NCBI GenBank assembly: GCA_910578035.1
Contig: CAJTOB010000008.1
Span: forward strand, 1,801 to 65,800
Reading direction: 5' to 3'
Length of the DNA: 64,000 nt
DNA from: an uncultured Muribaculaceae bacterium
Lineage (GTDB): Bacteria; Bacteroidota; Bacteroidia; Bacteroidales; Muribaculaceae
The notes below the pieces were generated by a model. It worked only from the letters and a program-made list of their open reading frames with translations. It was not told the origin of the DNA and ran no database searches. The position numbers and the translations under genes were made by a program. Positions within the stretch are counted from its first letter, which is position 1, and each line of letters starts with the position of its first letter. Positions 40,100 to 50,173 of this stretch are shown in pieces.

Positions 40100-40927
40100 T
40101 TATTTGCGGTTTTTTTCTCGGTTTTTAAGATATTCAAGCATAATGAGGAAGCCGGGGTGGCACATAGTGCCGTGGTCGAAACCGTCGACTTCGAGAATTT
40201 CGGCGTCGGGGTGTCCGCAGAGCTTCATCATGCGCCATAGATAGGCGTTTTCCTCATAGCGGCCGAAGAGCTCGCGCTCGCGCTGGCCGCATACAAGCAG
40301 GGTGGGAATACAGTCGTCACGAACGAAATAGAGCGGCGCATTCTCGTCGATAAGCGGATTGAGGTCGCCCATGCCGCGGTCGCGGCGGTTCTGGAAGTGC
40401 GTGATAGCCTGTCCGCTCAGCGGAATCATGGCGGCGAACGCCTTGTCGGGGTCCACGCCATATTTGCCGAGGCGAGCCTTGTCGAAGCCTATCATCATCA
40501 CAAGATATCCGCCGGCAGAGTGGCCTGTGAGATAGATTTTATCGGGCGAGCCGCCGTATTTTGCCACGTTTTTGACAGCCCAGGCAGCGGCGGCAGCGGC
40601 ATCGTCGACACAGTCGGCGGTGGTGACAGAGGGGTCAACCTTGTTTCCGCAAAGACGGTAATTCACGGCCACAACACCTATGCCCTGATTCTGCAGTTCG
40701 CCGGGAATGAAGGTATTGCCGCCGGTGAGGCCTCCGCCATGATACCATATCACAACGGGAAAGTCCTTTACATCGGTAGGATAGTAGAAATCGAGCTTAC
40801 ATCTCTCTTTCTGATATTTGTCGGTGGCATCGGGGCGATAGCTGATGCCGGTTTCGGTCTTGTAGTTCTGGGCCGATGCGGCCAGCGTGCAGACTATTAG
40901 AGCAAGCGCAAGAAAGATTTTTTTCAT
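40100..40927 (-). CDS. Alpha/beta-hydrolase carboxylesterase
   Basis: HGGG oxyanion motif, NYRL, GHSAG nucleophile elbow and C-terminal DH; signal peptide. Confidence 0.85.
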   Translation of the reverse strand: MKKIFLALALIVCTLAASAQNYKTETGISYRPDATDKYQKERCKLDFYYPTDVKDFPVVIWYHGGGLTGGNTFIPGELQNQGIGVVAVNYRLCGNKVDPSVTTADCVDDAAAAAAWAVKNVAKYGGSPDKIYLTGHSAGGYLVMMIGFDKARLGKYGVDPDKAFAAMIPLSGQAITHFQNRRDRGMGDLNPLIDENAPLYFVRDDCIPTLLVCGQRERELFGRYEENAYLWRMMKLCGHPDAEILEVDGFDHGTMCHPGFLIMLEYLKNREKNRK

Positions 40928-40944
40928 TGGTTTATCATGGTTTA

Positions 40945-43230
40945 TTATTCGTTCGAAAGAGAATAGGGGGCGTCAGAAGGGCGAGTGCCGCGCTTATAGT
41001 TAGGTTTGGCGCTCATCTTATAGTCGAGGCGGGCTCCACGGGTTAGGTCGGAATGACGGAGATAGTTCTTGCCGTATTCCTTGCCGTTGAGTTTCAGAAC
41101 GTCTACATAGCGGTTCTCGTCGCTGTTTTCGGGTGCGGAAATCTCTATCTTCTTACCATTGGGCAGATTGATGCGTGCTTTGGTGAAAAGCGGCGCGCCG
41201 AGTACATACTCGTCGGTTCCGGGGCAGACGGTGTAGAATCCGAGCGCCGACATGATATACCATGCCGAGGTCTGGCCGTTGTCCTCGTCGCCGCAGTAGC
41301 CGTCGGGGGTCGGACGGTAGAGGCGGTTCATCACCTCGCGGAGGTGATACTGTGCCTTCCAGGGCTCGCCGCCGTAGTTATAGAGATATATCATGTGCTG
41401 GATAGGCTGGTTGCCATGAGCATACTGGCCCATGTCTACTATCTGCATTTCGCGCATTTCGTGAATGAGCTGCTTGCGGGTGTCTACGTCCTTGCCGAAT
41501 GTTGGCTCGGTGGTAAATACGGAGTCGAGCATGGCTGTAAACTCTTTTTTGCCGCCCATGAGGTCGATAAGGCCCTGCACGTCGTGGAACACCGACCATG
41601 TGTAGTGCCAGCTGTTGCCCTCGGTAAAGGGCCCCCACCATACCACGGGGTCGAAGTCTTCGGGGAAATTGCCCTTGCTGTCGCGTCCGCTCATGAGCTT
41701 GAAGGGAGCATAGTAGAGGTTGCGGTAGTTCTGCGAGCGCTTCTTATATACGTCTGTCTCGGCTTTGGGGCGGCCAAGCTTGCGGCCCATCTGGTAGATA
41801 CACCAGTCGTCGTAGGCATACTCGAGGGTGCGGGCGGCACTCTGCCCGGCCACATCGGAGGGCACGTAACCCATAGTGTTATACTCCTCGAATGCCACGC
41901 GGCCCGAGGCGGGCACTGTCGGGTGCAGGGCGTTGGCTCCGTGCAGCAGACCCTCGTACATAGCCTCGGCATCGGCGGGAGTGACACCCTTTACGAAAGC
42001 GTCGGCGACGACGGAGGCCGAGTTGTTGCCAATCATGCAGTCGCGGTGTCCAGGGCTCGACCATTCGGGGTAGAATCCGCTCTCTTTGTAGTGGTTATAG
42101 AAGCCCTCCTGCATCTGGGCGCTGATTTCGGGATATATGAGGTTTAGCATGGGCAGCTCGCCGCGGAATGAATCCCACAGGCCGGTGTCGGTGAATAGAC
42201 GACCGGGGCACACCTCGCCGGTGTGGGGGCTGTAGTGCACTATGCGGCCATCGGCATCGATTTCGTGGAACATGCGGGGGAAGAGCGTGCTGCGGTATAG
42301 GCACGAATAGAATGTGCGCAGACGGTCTGTATCGTCCGATTCGACCTCAATACGACCCAAAACTTCGTTCCAGCGGTCGCGGCCCTGCTTCACGAGAGTG
42401 TCGAAGTCCTTGCCGTCGAGCTCGCGGAGATTGAGTTCGGCCTGCTCGGGGCTGATAAACGACGATGCCACGCGGGCATGCACCTTCTCGCCCTTGCGTG
42501 TGGCGAAGCCTATGATGGCGCCGGCATGGTCGGCCTTGCATTCGGTTGAAGCGGGGTCGATATTGCCGTCTGTCACAGCTGCGGTGTAGGTGAAAGGCTT
42601 GTCAAACTCTACCACGAAGTAGTTTTTGAAGTTTTCGGGCACGCCGCCGCTATTGCGGGTGGTATAGCCGACGATTTTCTTCTCGGCGGGGAGCACCTTT
42701 ATATAAGAGCCTCTGTCGTAGGCGTCGACAACAACAAATGAGCTGTCGTTAGCAGGGAATGTAAAGCGGAACATGGCCGCGCGCTCCGTGGGGGTGATTT
42801 CGGTGGTGACACGGTGGTCGGCAAGGAACACGCTGTAGTAGTAGGGCTTGGCGACCTCTGCCTTATGCGTGAAGAAGCTCGAGCGCTTGTCCTGGTCGAA
42901 GACAGGGTGGTCTGTGCCGGGCATGATGGCGAACTGGCCATAGTCGTTCATCCACGGGCTCGGCTGGTGAGTCTGCTTGAAGCCCTTGATACGGGGCTCG
43001 GTATAGACATAAGTCCAGCCGTCGCCCATGCGGCCTGTCTGTGGAGTCCAGAAATTCATACCCCAGGGCATGGCGATTGCCGGATATGTGTTGCCGTTGG
43101 AGACCTCGAAATCGGATATCGTGCCGACAAGAGGATTCACATAGTCAACAGGCGATATCTCGGCAAGAGCCGAAAATGAGAGCGCCGCAGCGGCAAGAGA
43201 GGATAATATATTCTTTTTGCTCATAATCAT
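40945..43230 (-). CDS. GH92 alpha-mannosidase, likely alpha-1,2-specific
   Basis: HQPSPWMNDYG, CMIGN, RTLEYAYDD, FTEGNSW, IHEMREM, HGNQP and GDEDNGQTSAW. Confidence 0.93.
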   Translation of the reverse strand: MIMSKKNILSSLAAAALSFSALAEISPVDYVNPLVGTISDFEVSNGNTYPAIAMPWGMNFWTPQTGRMGDGWTYVYTEPRIKGFKQTHQPSPWMNDYGQFAIMPGTDHPVFDQDKRSSFFTHKAEVAKPYYYSVFLADHRVTTEITPTERAAMFRFTFPANDSSFVVVDAYDRGSYIKVLPAEKKIVGYTTRNSGGVPENFKNYFVVEFDKPFTYTAAVTDGNIDPASTECKADHAGAIIGFATRKGEKVHARVASSFISPEQAELNLRELDGKDFDTLVKQGRDRWNEVLGRIEVESDDTDRLRTFYSCLYRSTLFPRMFHEIDADGRIVHYSPHTGEVCPGRLFTDTGLWDSFRGELPMLNLIYPEISAQMQEGFYNHYKESGFYPEWSSPGHRDCMIGNNSASVVADAFVKGVTPADAEAMYEGLLHGANALHPTVPASGRVAFEEYNTMGYVPSDVAGQSAARTLEYAYDDWCIYQMGRKLGRPKAETDVYKKRSQNYRNLYYAPFKLMSGRDSKGNFPEDFDPVVWWGPFTEGNSWHYTWSVFHDVQGLIDLMGGKKEFTAMLDSVFTTEPTFGKDVDTRKQLIHEMREMQIVDMGQYAHGNQPIQHMIYLYNYGGEPWKAQYHLREVMNRLYRPTPDGYCGDEDNGQTSAWYIMSALGFYTVCPGTDEYVLGAPLFTKARINLPNGKKIEISAPENSDENRYVDVLKLNGKEYGKNYLRHSDLTRGARLDYKMSAKPNYKRGTRPSDAPYSLSNE

Positions 43231-43231
43231 A

Positions 43232-45394
43232 TTATATTTTCACGGTCACGCCGTCGGCAATAGTGCCTTTGGCCTTGTATGTCTTGCCTTTGTGTACAAG
43301 CACAACGTCGACATTCTTGATTTCGCCGGCGACGTCGCGCTTGCCTTCTGTTCCGGCGAGAGTCACGTTCACTTTCTTGCCAGAGCGCTCGGCCTTGAAT
43401 GTCATGAGGCTGTAGTCGCCGTCGCGGAACGCCCAGCCGTTGCCGGCATCCCAGTAGAGGCGGCCTTCTGCCTTGCCGTTCTCGTCGAGACACACATAGA
43501 GCGCCAGGGGCTCAAGAGTCGCCTCCTCGGTGTGCTGTATCACCTTTCCGGCGGGGATAATGCTGCCGCCCTTGAGACGGAGCGATGCCTGGTGCTTCTC
43601 CTTGAGGTCGCCGGGCACGAGGCTTATTTCCTCCCATATGCCCTTGGGAAGGGCGGGGTTCTCGGCGAAAGTGGGTACTACCAGCAGATTCTCGCCCATG
43701 AGGAAGGCCTGGTCTTCGGCGCGGAGAGCGGCGTCGGTATTGTCGGCGAAGAAAAGGGGCTGCATCACGGGCAGGCCGGTATTGTGGGCATCGTAGAAGC
43801 ATGTGTAGAGATAGGGAAGGAGACGGTAGCGGCGTTCGAGGGCCATGCGCGAGGCTTTTTCAACCTCGGGGCCGAACGCCCAGGGCTCCTTGTCGTTGGT
43901 GCCGGCGCAGGCATGGCCGCGGGCAAAGGGCAGGAAGACACCGAAGCCAATCCAGTCGGCGAAGAGTTCGGGGTCGGTGTTGCCGAGGAAGCCGCCGATG
44001 TCAGGACCGCTGTAGGGCTGGCCAGAGAGACCGAGGGTAATCGACATCGGCACCGACCACTTCATGTGGAGGGGTTCGGCGTAGTTGTCGCCGGTCCATG
44101 TGGCGGCATAGCGCTGTCCGCCGAGGATATTGGAGCGTGTGAGCACGAAGGGTCGCTTGTCGGGATATACGTCGAGGAAGCCGTCGCGGGTGCCTTCGAC
44201 CATGAAGCGGCCGTAGGCATTGTGGTAGAGCAGATGCGAGCCTGCGGGCAGGCCGCCGCCTCCGCGGTGGAGGTTGGTGACGGGCATTGTGCCGGTGCGC
44301 TCGGCCTCGGGGAGGTCGTTGTCGAAGACGGCGGGCTCGTTCACGTCGTTCCACACGCCGTCGATACCCGTTGCGAGGAAGTCTTTATACAGTCCGGCCC
44401 ACCAGCGGCGCACATCGGGCGAAGTGAAGTCGGGGAAAGCGGCATATCCGGGCCATACCTTGCCCTGATATTTGGTGCCGTCGGCACGGCGCACCCATAC
44501 ATCGTTTTCGGTGCCCGATTTATACACAAAGTACTCCGGGTCGGCCTTGGGAGCGGGGTCTATCATGTACACAGCCTTGAAGTTGGCGTCGTGGAGGTCG
44601 TCGTTAAGCTTTTTGGGGTCTGGGAACTTCACGGGGTCGAACGTGAAGATACGGAAGCCGTCCATATAGTCGATGTCCATCCATATGACATCGCAGGGAA
44701 TACTGCGCTTGCGGAAATTGGAGGCAATGTCGCGCACCTTGGCCTCGGTGTCGTAGGAGAAGCGGCACTGGTGATAGCCGAGCGACCACAGCGGCGGCAT
44801 TTCCATGGTACCGGTGAGTTCGGCAAGGCCTTTCACCACATCCTGAGGGGTAGCCCGGTCTATGACGAATGCCCGGAACGGCGCACCCTCGGTGCGGAAG
44901 CGGATTTCACTGTCGTCGGTGGCGAGATAAGCCTTCCAGGAGCTATCGAAGAGAATGCCGAAGGCCGTGCCGTCGGGGCGCACGCCCATCACCCAGGGGT
45001 GACTCTGATACAGGTGGGTACCGTTGTCGACGACACGATATGCGCCGTTGTCGACATTCCAGAGCTGAATCTCCATGCCGTTGCGAAGCAGCGGACCTGT
45101 GACCTCGCCGCCTCCGTAGAGGCTCGTTCCGGCGGGCACGCGCAGCACGGCGCCGGCCTTTCCGTCGGTAAGCGTAAATTCAGGCACAAGATTCCACGAT
45201 GCAGGAAGAGCGCCGGTATACACTGGCTCTTTCTCCAGCATCAGAGACGGAGTTTTCGAGGGATCATAACCCTGAGGTACAAAAAGAGCTATACCGTCGC
45301 CGACAAGCGCAGTCGAGGCTACCGGAACATCGGCAGCAGACGCACCGACAGCACCCGAAAGAGCGGCAGCAAGTAAGATTTTGTCGAGTTGCAT
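43232..45394 (-). CDS. GH31 alpha-glucosidase-like enzyme
   Basis: LYQSHPW, IWMDIDYM, WNDVNEP (nucleophile), WTGDN (acid/base) and GPDIGGF; signal peptide. Confidence 0.92.
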   Translation of the reverse strand: MQLDKILLAAALSGAVGASAADVPVASTALVGDGIALFVPQGYDPSKTPSLMLEKEPVYTGALPASWNLVPEFTLTDGKAGAVLRVPAGTSLYGGGEVTGPLLRNGMEIQLWNVDNGAYRVVDNGTHLYQSHPWVMGVRPDGTAFGILFDSSWKAYLATDDSEIRFRTEGAPFRAFVIDRATPQDVVKGLAELTGTMEMPPLWSLGYHQCRFSYDTEAKVRDIASNFRKRSIPCDVIWMDIDYMDGFRIFTFDPVKFPDPKKLNDDLHDANFKAVYMIDPAPKADPEYFVYKSGTENDVWVRRADGTKYQGKVWPGYAAFPDFTSPDVRRWWAGLYKDFLATGIDGVWNDVNEPAVFDNDLPEAERTGTMPVTNLHRGGGGLPAGSHLLYHNAYGRFMVEGTRDGFLDVYPDKRPFVLTRSNILGGQRYAATWTGDNYAEPLHMKWSVPMSITLGLSGQPYSGPDIGGFLGNTDPELFADWIGFGVFLPFARGHACAGTNDKEPWAFGPEVEKASRMALERRYRLLPYLYTCFYDAHNTGLPVMQPLFFADNTDAALRAEDQAFLMGENLLVVPTFAENPALPKGIWEEISLVPGDLKEKHQASLRLKGGSIIPAGKVIQHTEEATLEPLALYVCLDENGKAEGRLYWDAGNGWAFRDGDYSLMTFKAERSGKKVNVTLAGTEGKRDVAGEIKNVDVVLVHKGKTYKAKGTIADGVTVKI

Positions 45395-45430
45395 ATCTGT
45401 GATATGATTAGTTTAAGGTTTATTCTGTCA

Positions 45431-45438
45431 CAAAGATA
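45431..45438 (-). promoter_or_regulatory. -7 element for the GH31 operon
   Basis: Minus-strand TATCTTTG about 37 nt before the ATG. Confidence 0.65.
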
Positions 45439-45650
45439 CCCATAATCGAGCTCTTAAAAGTATATATGCGCGCACAATAGCGATACTTTGCAGACAAGAA
45501 AACCTGAAGACACAAAAACATACAATACTGGCGCGATTGCGCACAATCGACAAGCACCGCCACTGGCCGTCCGATGGTGGACAAATCAGCACCACGGTGG
45601 ATTTTCACACTTTTGGCAACTTACTGCACATATATTAAAAAACGAATAAG

Positions 45651-45658
45651 TAACTTCG
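45651..45658 (+). promoter_or_regulatory. Variant -7 element for the GH3 operon
   Basis: TAACTTCG about 30 nt before ATG 45688. Confidence 0.5.
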
Positions 45659-45687
45659 CGACAGAAACCAGAACCAATCATCGCTCC

Positions 45688-48168
45688 ATGAAAAAAACTA
45701 TCATTATCACAGCCGCCGCAGCCGCTTTCTGCGCAATGGGCGCAGGCGCTCAGTCGTGGCTGACACCCGAAGTCGACAGACAGGCAAAAGAAATCCTGTC
45801 GAAGATGACCGACAGTGAAAAACTCGAATTCGTAGGCGGAGTCGACGCCATGTATATCCGCGACATTCCCCGTCTGGGCGTGCGCCGCATGAAGATGTCG
45901 GACGGCCCGCAGGGCCTGGGCACACACAGCCTCTCGACAGCCTATCCGGCCACCATCATGCTCACCGCCACATGGAACGAAGACCTTGCCCGCGAATATG
46001 GCCGTTCGCTCGGCCGCGACGCCCGTGCCCGCGGGGTAGACATACTTCTCGGACCGGCTGTAAACATATATCGCGCGCCGATGTGCGGCCGAAACTTCGA
46101 GTATATGGGCGAAGACCCTTATCTGGCCTCGCGAACTGCCGTGAACTACATCGACGGCGTGCAGTCGCAGGAGGTTATGGCGACAATCAAGCACTTCTTC
46201 GGAAATAACTCCGACTACGACCGCCACAAGATAAGCAACGACATCGACGAGCGTACAATCAACGAAATATATTTTCCGGCGTTCAAAGCGGCCGTGCAGG
46301 AAGCCGAATCGGGAGCACTCATGACGAGCTACAACCTCGTCGACGGCGTGTATACCACCGAATCGCCCTGGCTGCTCAAAGATGTGCTCCGCGACAAGTG
46401 GGGCTTCAAAGGCGTCGTAATGTCCGACTGGGGCGCTACACACCACTGCCTGCCCGCCGTTGACGGCGGCCTTGACCTGGAAATGCCCGACGCGAAATAC
46501 ATGAACCCCGCCGACCTCGCATACCACATCAAGACGGGTCATATATCGATGAAACAAATCGACGAGAAAGTGCTCAACATACTGCGCCCGGCAATCGCCT
46601 TCGGAGCGCTCGAAAACCGAGGCGCCGACAAGAGCATACCTCTCGACGACCCCGAATCGGTAGCCACAGCCCTCAAAGTGGCTCAGGAAGGTATGGTGCT
46701 TCTCAAGAACAGCAAGAACATACTGCCGCTCAATGCGAAGAAATATAAAAAAATAATGGTTGCCGGTAAGAACGCCACCGGCTATGTGCGCGGCGGCGGC
46801 AGCGGCAATGTCAACCCCATACACTATGTGAGCGCTTTCGACGGCATCAAGGCCGCATGCGAGGCCCGCGGTATCGAAGTGGAGCTTATCGACGAACTTG
46901 ACTACCGCCCCGACATCATGCGCTCAGGCAAAGACCTGGCCGACAAGGGTCTCAAGGCCGAGTACTTCGGCAACATGAGACTCGAGGGCAAGCCCGTCGG
47001 CACCGCCACCGAAAACAAGATTCTTTACTCCTGGGGCAATGGACCGGAAATTGCCGGAATGCCCGCACAGCAGTACTCGGTGCGCTGGAGCGGCACAGTA
47101 GTACCCGACGTGACAGGCGAATATGTATTCACCGTGGGCGCCGACGACGGTTATCGCTTCATGCTTGGCGGCGAGACACTTGTTGACGACTGGAAAAACG
47201 GCGCATTCCGCAGCAAAACATTCCGCAAGCATCTCGAAGCGGGCAAAAAATACGACATCTGCCTCGAATACTATCAGGATGGCGGCTCGGCTGCCGTACA
47301 ACTCACCTGGGACCGCATAGGCAACAACGACCGCCGCCTCGAAAAGAAACTGTCCGAAGCCGACCTCGTTGTGGCCTGCATAGGACACAATTCCGACTCC
47401 GAAGCCGAAGACAGCGACCGCTCGTTCGAACTTCCGGCCTCCGACGCCGCCCTCATGAGCAGTCTCGCCAAATGCCGCAGGCCCGTCATTGCGGTAGTCA
47501 ACGCCGGCGGCGCGGTCGAAATGCAGGGCTGGGAGCCCACTGTCAACGCCCTCCTCTGGAACTGGTATGCAGGTCAGGAGAGCGGACGCGCCCTTGCCGA
47601 CGTGCTCTTCGGCGAAGTCAATCCTTCGGGCAAGCTGCCGATGACCTTCGAGAAGCGCTGGGAAGACAACCCCGCCTATAACAGCTATCACGACCCCGAC
47701 GGCGACAAGCACGTGGCCTATACCGAGGGCATTTTCACAGGCTACCGCGGCTACGACAAGCTCGGACGCGAAGTGCAGTGCCCCTTCGGCTACGGTCTGT
47801 CGTACACCACATTCCTTCTCTCCGACGTGAAAGTATCAGCTCCCGACGCCAATGGCTGTGTCGAGGTCAGCTGCCGCCTCACCAACACCGGAAAACGCGC
47901 CGGTGCAGAGGTGGTTCAGGCCTACGTAGGCAAGGACGCCTCCGACCAGGCCAAGGCCGAGCGCCCCGTCAAGGAGCTGCGAGGCTATAAGAAAGTATAT
48001 CTCGAACCCGGCAAGAGCGCCGTGGTGACGATGACACTTCCTGCCTCGTCTTTTGAATATTACGACGTTGAAAAACACGATTTCACCCGCGACCCGGGCC
48101 TCTACAACATAATGCTCGGCTTCTCATCGCGCGATATCAAAGCCTCAAGACAGCTCACCGTAAAATGA
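45688..48168 (+). CDS. GH3 beta-glucosidase-like enzyme with a PA14 insert and FnIII-like C-terminus
   Basis: SDGPQG, GRNFEYMGEDP, KHF, VMSDW, VLLKN, ADDGYRF and PFGYGLSYT. Confidence 0.92.
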   Translation: MKKTIIITAAAAAFCAMGAGAQSWLTPEVDRQAKEILSKMTDSEKLEFVGGVDAMYIRDIPRLGVRRMKMSDGPQGLGTHSLSTAYPATIMLTATWNEDLAREYGRSLGRDARARGVDILLGPAVNIYRAPMCGRNFEYMGEDPYLASRTAVNYIDGVQSQEVMATIKHFFGNNSDYDRHKISNDIDERTINEIYFPAFKAAVQEAESGALMTSYNLVDGVYTTESPWLLKDVLRDKWGFKGVVMSDWGATHHCLPAVDGGLDLEMPDAKYMNPADLAYHIKTGHISMKQIDEKVLNILRPAIAFGALENRGADKSIPLDDPESVATALKVAQEGMVLLKNSKNILPLNAKKYKKIMVAGKNATGYVRGGGSGNVNPIHYVSAFDGIKAACEARGIEVELIDELDYRPDIMRSGKDLADKGLKAEYFGNMRLEGKPVGTATENKILYSWGNGPEIAGMPAQQYSVRWSGTVVPDVTGEYVFTVGADDGYRFMLGGETLVDDWKNGAFRSKTFRKHLEAGKKYDICLEYYQDGGSAAVQLTWDRIGNNDRRLEKKLSEADLVVACIGHNSDSEAEDSDRSFELPASDAALMSSLAKCRRPVIAVVNAGGAVEMQGWEPTVNALLWNWYAGQESGRALADVLFGEVNPSGKLPMTFEKRWEDNPAYNSYHDPDGDKHVAYTEGIFTGYRGYDKLGREVQCPFGYGLSYTTFLLSDVKVSAPDANGCVEVSCRLTNTGKRAGAEVVQAYVGKDASDQAKAERPVKELRGYKKVYLEPGKSAVVTMTLPASSFEYYDVEKHDFTRDPGLYNIMLGFSSRDIKASRQLTVK

Positions 48169-50171
48169 AGACAGGACTATCATATATCGCTGCTATAGGC
48201 ATGCTGACAGCAGCCTGCGGCACACAGCCGGCCGTAGAGGTATCTACGGTCGACCGCCCGGCGGCAGCCGCCGACACCGGCGCCCTCCGCCCGCTCGTCC
48301 TTGAAAAACTGCCTCTTGGCGCCATAAAGCCCGAAGGCTGGCTCAAAAAACAGCTCGAACTTCAGCGCGACGGCCTCAACGGCCATCTTGCCGAGATTTC
48401 GGCATGGCTCGACAAAAGCAACAATGCCTGGCTTGTGCCCGGAGCGCATAACGGCTGGGAGGAATCGCCCTACTGGCTGCGCGGCTACAGCCGCCTGGCC
48501 TACATTCTCGGCGACAGCGCAATGGCAGCCGAAGTCCGCACATGGATAGAGCCTATCCTTGCCTCTCAGCGCCCCGACGGCTACTTCGGAGCCGAAAACA
48601 TAAAGAACGGCCACCCCGAAGTATGGTCGCAGATGATTGTTCTCGACTGTCTGCAAGGCTACTACGAACATACCGGCGACGAGCGCGTGCTCCCCTTCAT
48701 GCGCCGCTATTTCGATTGGGAAATGTCGCTTCCCGACGAGGATTTCCTCGAAGACTACTGGGAAAACTGCCGCGGCGGCGACAATATCTGGTCGGTGATA
48801 TGGTATTACAGCAAGACGGGCGATGCTTCGGTCCTTCCGCTCATCGAAAAGATACACCGCAACAACGCCGACTGCACCAACCCGGCCGCCCTGCCGAACT
48901 GGCACAATGTGAACATAGCGCAATACTTCCGCGAACCGGCTGAAGCGAGCCTCCTGACGGGCGACTCCACCCTCATGGCTGCCACATATAATATACACAA
49001 TCTTGTGCGCCGCACTTTCGGCCAGGTGCCTGGCGGCATGTTCGGAGCCGACGAGAACGCCCGCATAGGCTATATCGACCCGCGTCAGGGCACCGAGACA
49101 TGCGGCTTCGCCGAGCAGATGGCCTCCGACGGTATCATGCTCTCCATCAACGCCGACCCGCTCTGGGCCGAAAATATGGAAGACGTGGCCTTCAACTCGT
49201 TCCCGGCCTCGATGACCGCCGACCTCAAGGCCCTGCGCTATATCACAGCGCCCAACCAGGCTGTCAGCGACTCCGAGAACCATCACCCCGGCATAGACAA
49301 CAGAGGCCCGTTCCTCAACATGAACCCGTTCAGCAGCCGCTGCTGCCAGCATAACCACGGCCTCGGCTGGCCCGCATTCACACAGTCGCTGGCCTATACA
49401 ACGGCCGACGGAGGCGTGGCATTCCCCGTATATGCCCCCTGCGTGGCCTCGTTCGGCGGCTTCAGCGTGGCCGAAGACACCCGCTATCCTTTCTCCGACA
49501 CTCTCCGCTTCGTTGTATCGGCAGAAAGCCCTGCGACTTTCCCGATGTACTTCCGCATACCGTCGTGGACCAAGGATGCCCGTGTTGCTGTAGACGGCAA
49601 AACGCTGTCCTGCAAGCCCGAGGCCGGCAAATATCTGCGTCTGGAGCGCGAATGGGCCGACGGCGACCGCGTGGAGCTAATCTTCCCGATGGAACTGTCG
49701 GTGCGCCGCTGGGCTGTGAACCAGAACAGTGCGTCGATAGACTACGGCCCCCTCACAATGTCGCTCAAGATAGACGAACGATATGAAAAAGTCGACTCCA
49801 AGGCCTCGGCCATCGGCGACTCTCACTGGATTGAGGGCGCAGACCCCGAAAAATGGCCGACCTACGAGATATATGCCGACTCACCGTGGAATTATGCCCT
49901 CGTTCTGCCCGAGGACAATTCCACAGCCGGCTTCGAGGTGGTGCGTCTGCCGTGGCCTGCCGACAACCAGCCATTCACCGTAGCCTCAGTGCCCCTCCAG
50001 GTCAAGGCCAAAGGCCGTCTTATACCCTCATGGGGCATTGACTCCACAGGGCTTACCGGCGTACTGCCCTCGCCTGCCGCCGCACGCGCCGCACAGACCG
50101 ACGACATCACACTCGTACCGATGGGCGCAGCCCGTCTCCGCATTTCAGCCTTCCCGACATCAAACGACTAA
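48165..50171 (+). CDS. GH127/GH146-like cysteine glycosidase lipoprotein (beta-L-arabinofuranosidase superfamily)
   Basis: Lipobox TAAC; IKPEGWL..QL, HNVN, ETC and CC..N metal/nucleophile motifs, YPF and RIPSW. Confidence 0.82.
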   Translation: MKTGLSYIAAIGMLTAACGTQPAVEVSTVDRPAAAADTGALRPLVLEKLPLGAIKPEGWLKKQLELQRDGLNGHLAEISAWLDKSNNAWLVPGAHNGWEESPYWLRGYSRLAYILGDSAMAAEVRTWIEPILASQRPDGYFGAENIKNGHPEVWSQMIVLDCLQGYYEHTGDERVLPFMRRYFDWEMSLPDEDFLEDYWENCRGGDNIWSVIWYYSKTGDASVLPLIEKIHRNNADCTNPAALPNWHNVNIAQYFREPAEASLLTGDSTLMAATYNIHNLVRRTFGQVPGGMFGADENARIGYIDPRQGTETCGFAEQMASDGIMLSINADPLWAENMEDVAFNSFPASMTADLKALRYITAPNQAVSDSENHHPGIDNRGPFLNMNPFSSRCCQHNHGLGWPAFTQSLAYTTADGGVAFPVYAPCVASFGGFSVAEDTRYPFSDTLRFVVSAESPATFPMYFRIPSWTKDARVAVDGKTLSCKPEAGKYLRLEREWADGDRVELIFPMELSVRRWAVNQNSASIDYGPLTMSLKIDERYEKVDSKASAIGDSHWIEGADPEKWPTYEIYADSPWNYALVLPEDNSTAGFEVVRLPWPADNQPFTVASVPLQVKAKGRLIPSWGIDSTGLTGVLPSPAAARAAQTDDITLVPMGAARLRISAFPTSND

Positions 50172-50173
50172 CT

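Noticed and set aside
43217..45376. 719-aa + strand ORF exactly antisense to GH31
   Set aside because: Shadow ORF produced by strong codon bias; no recognisable motifs, whereas the minus strand is a clear GH31.
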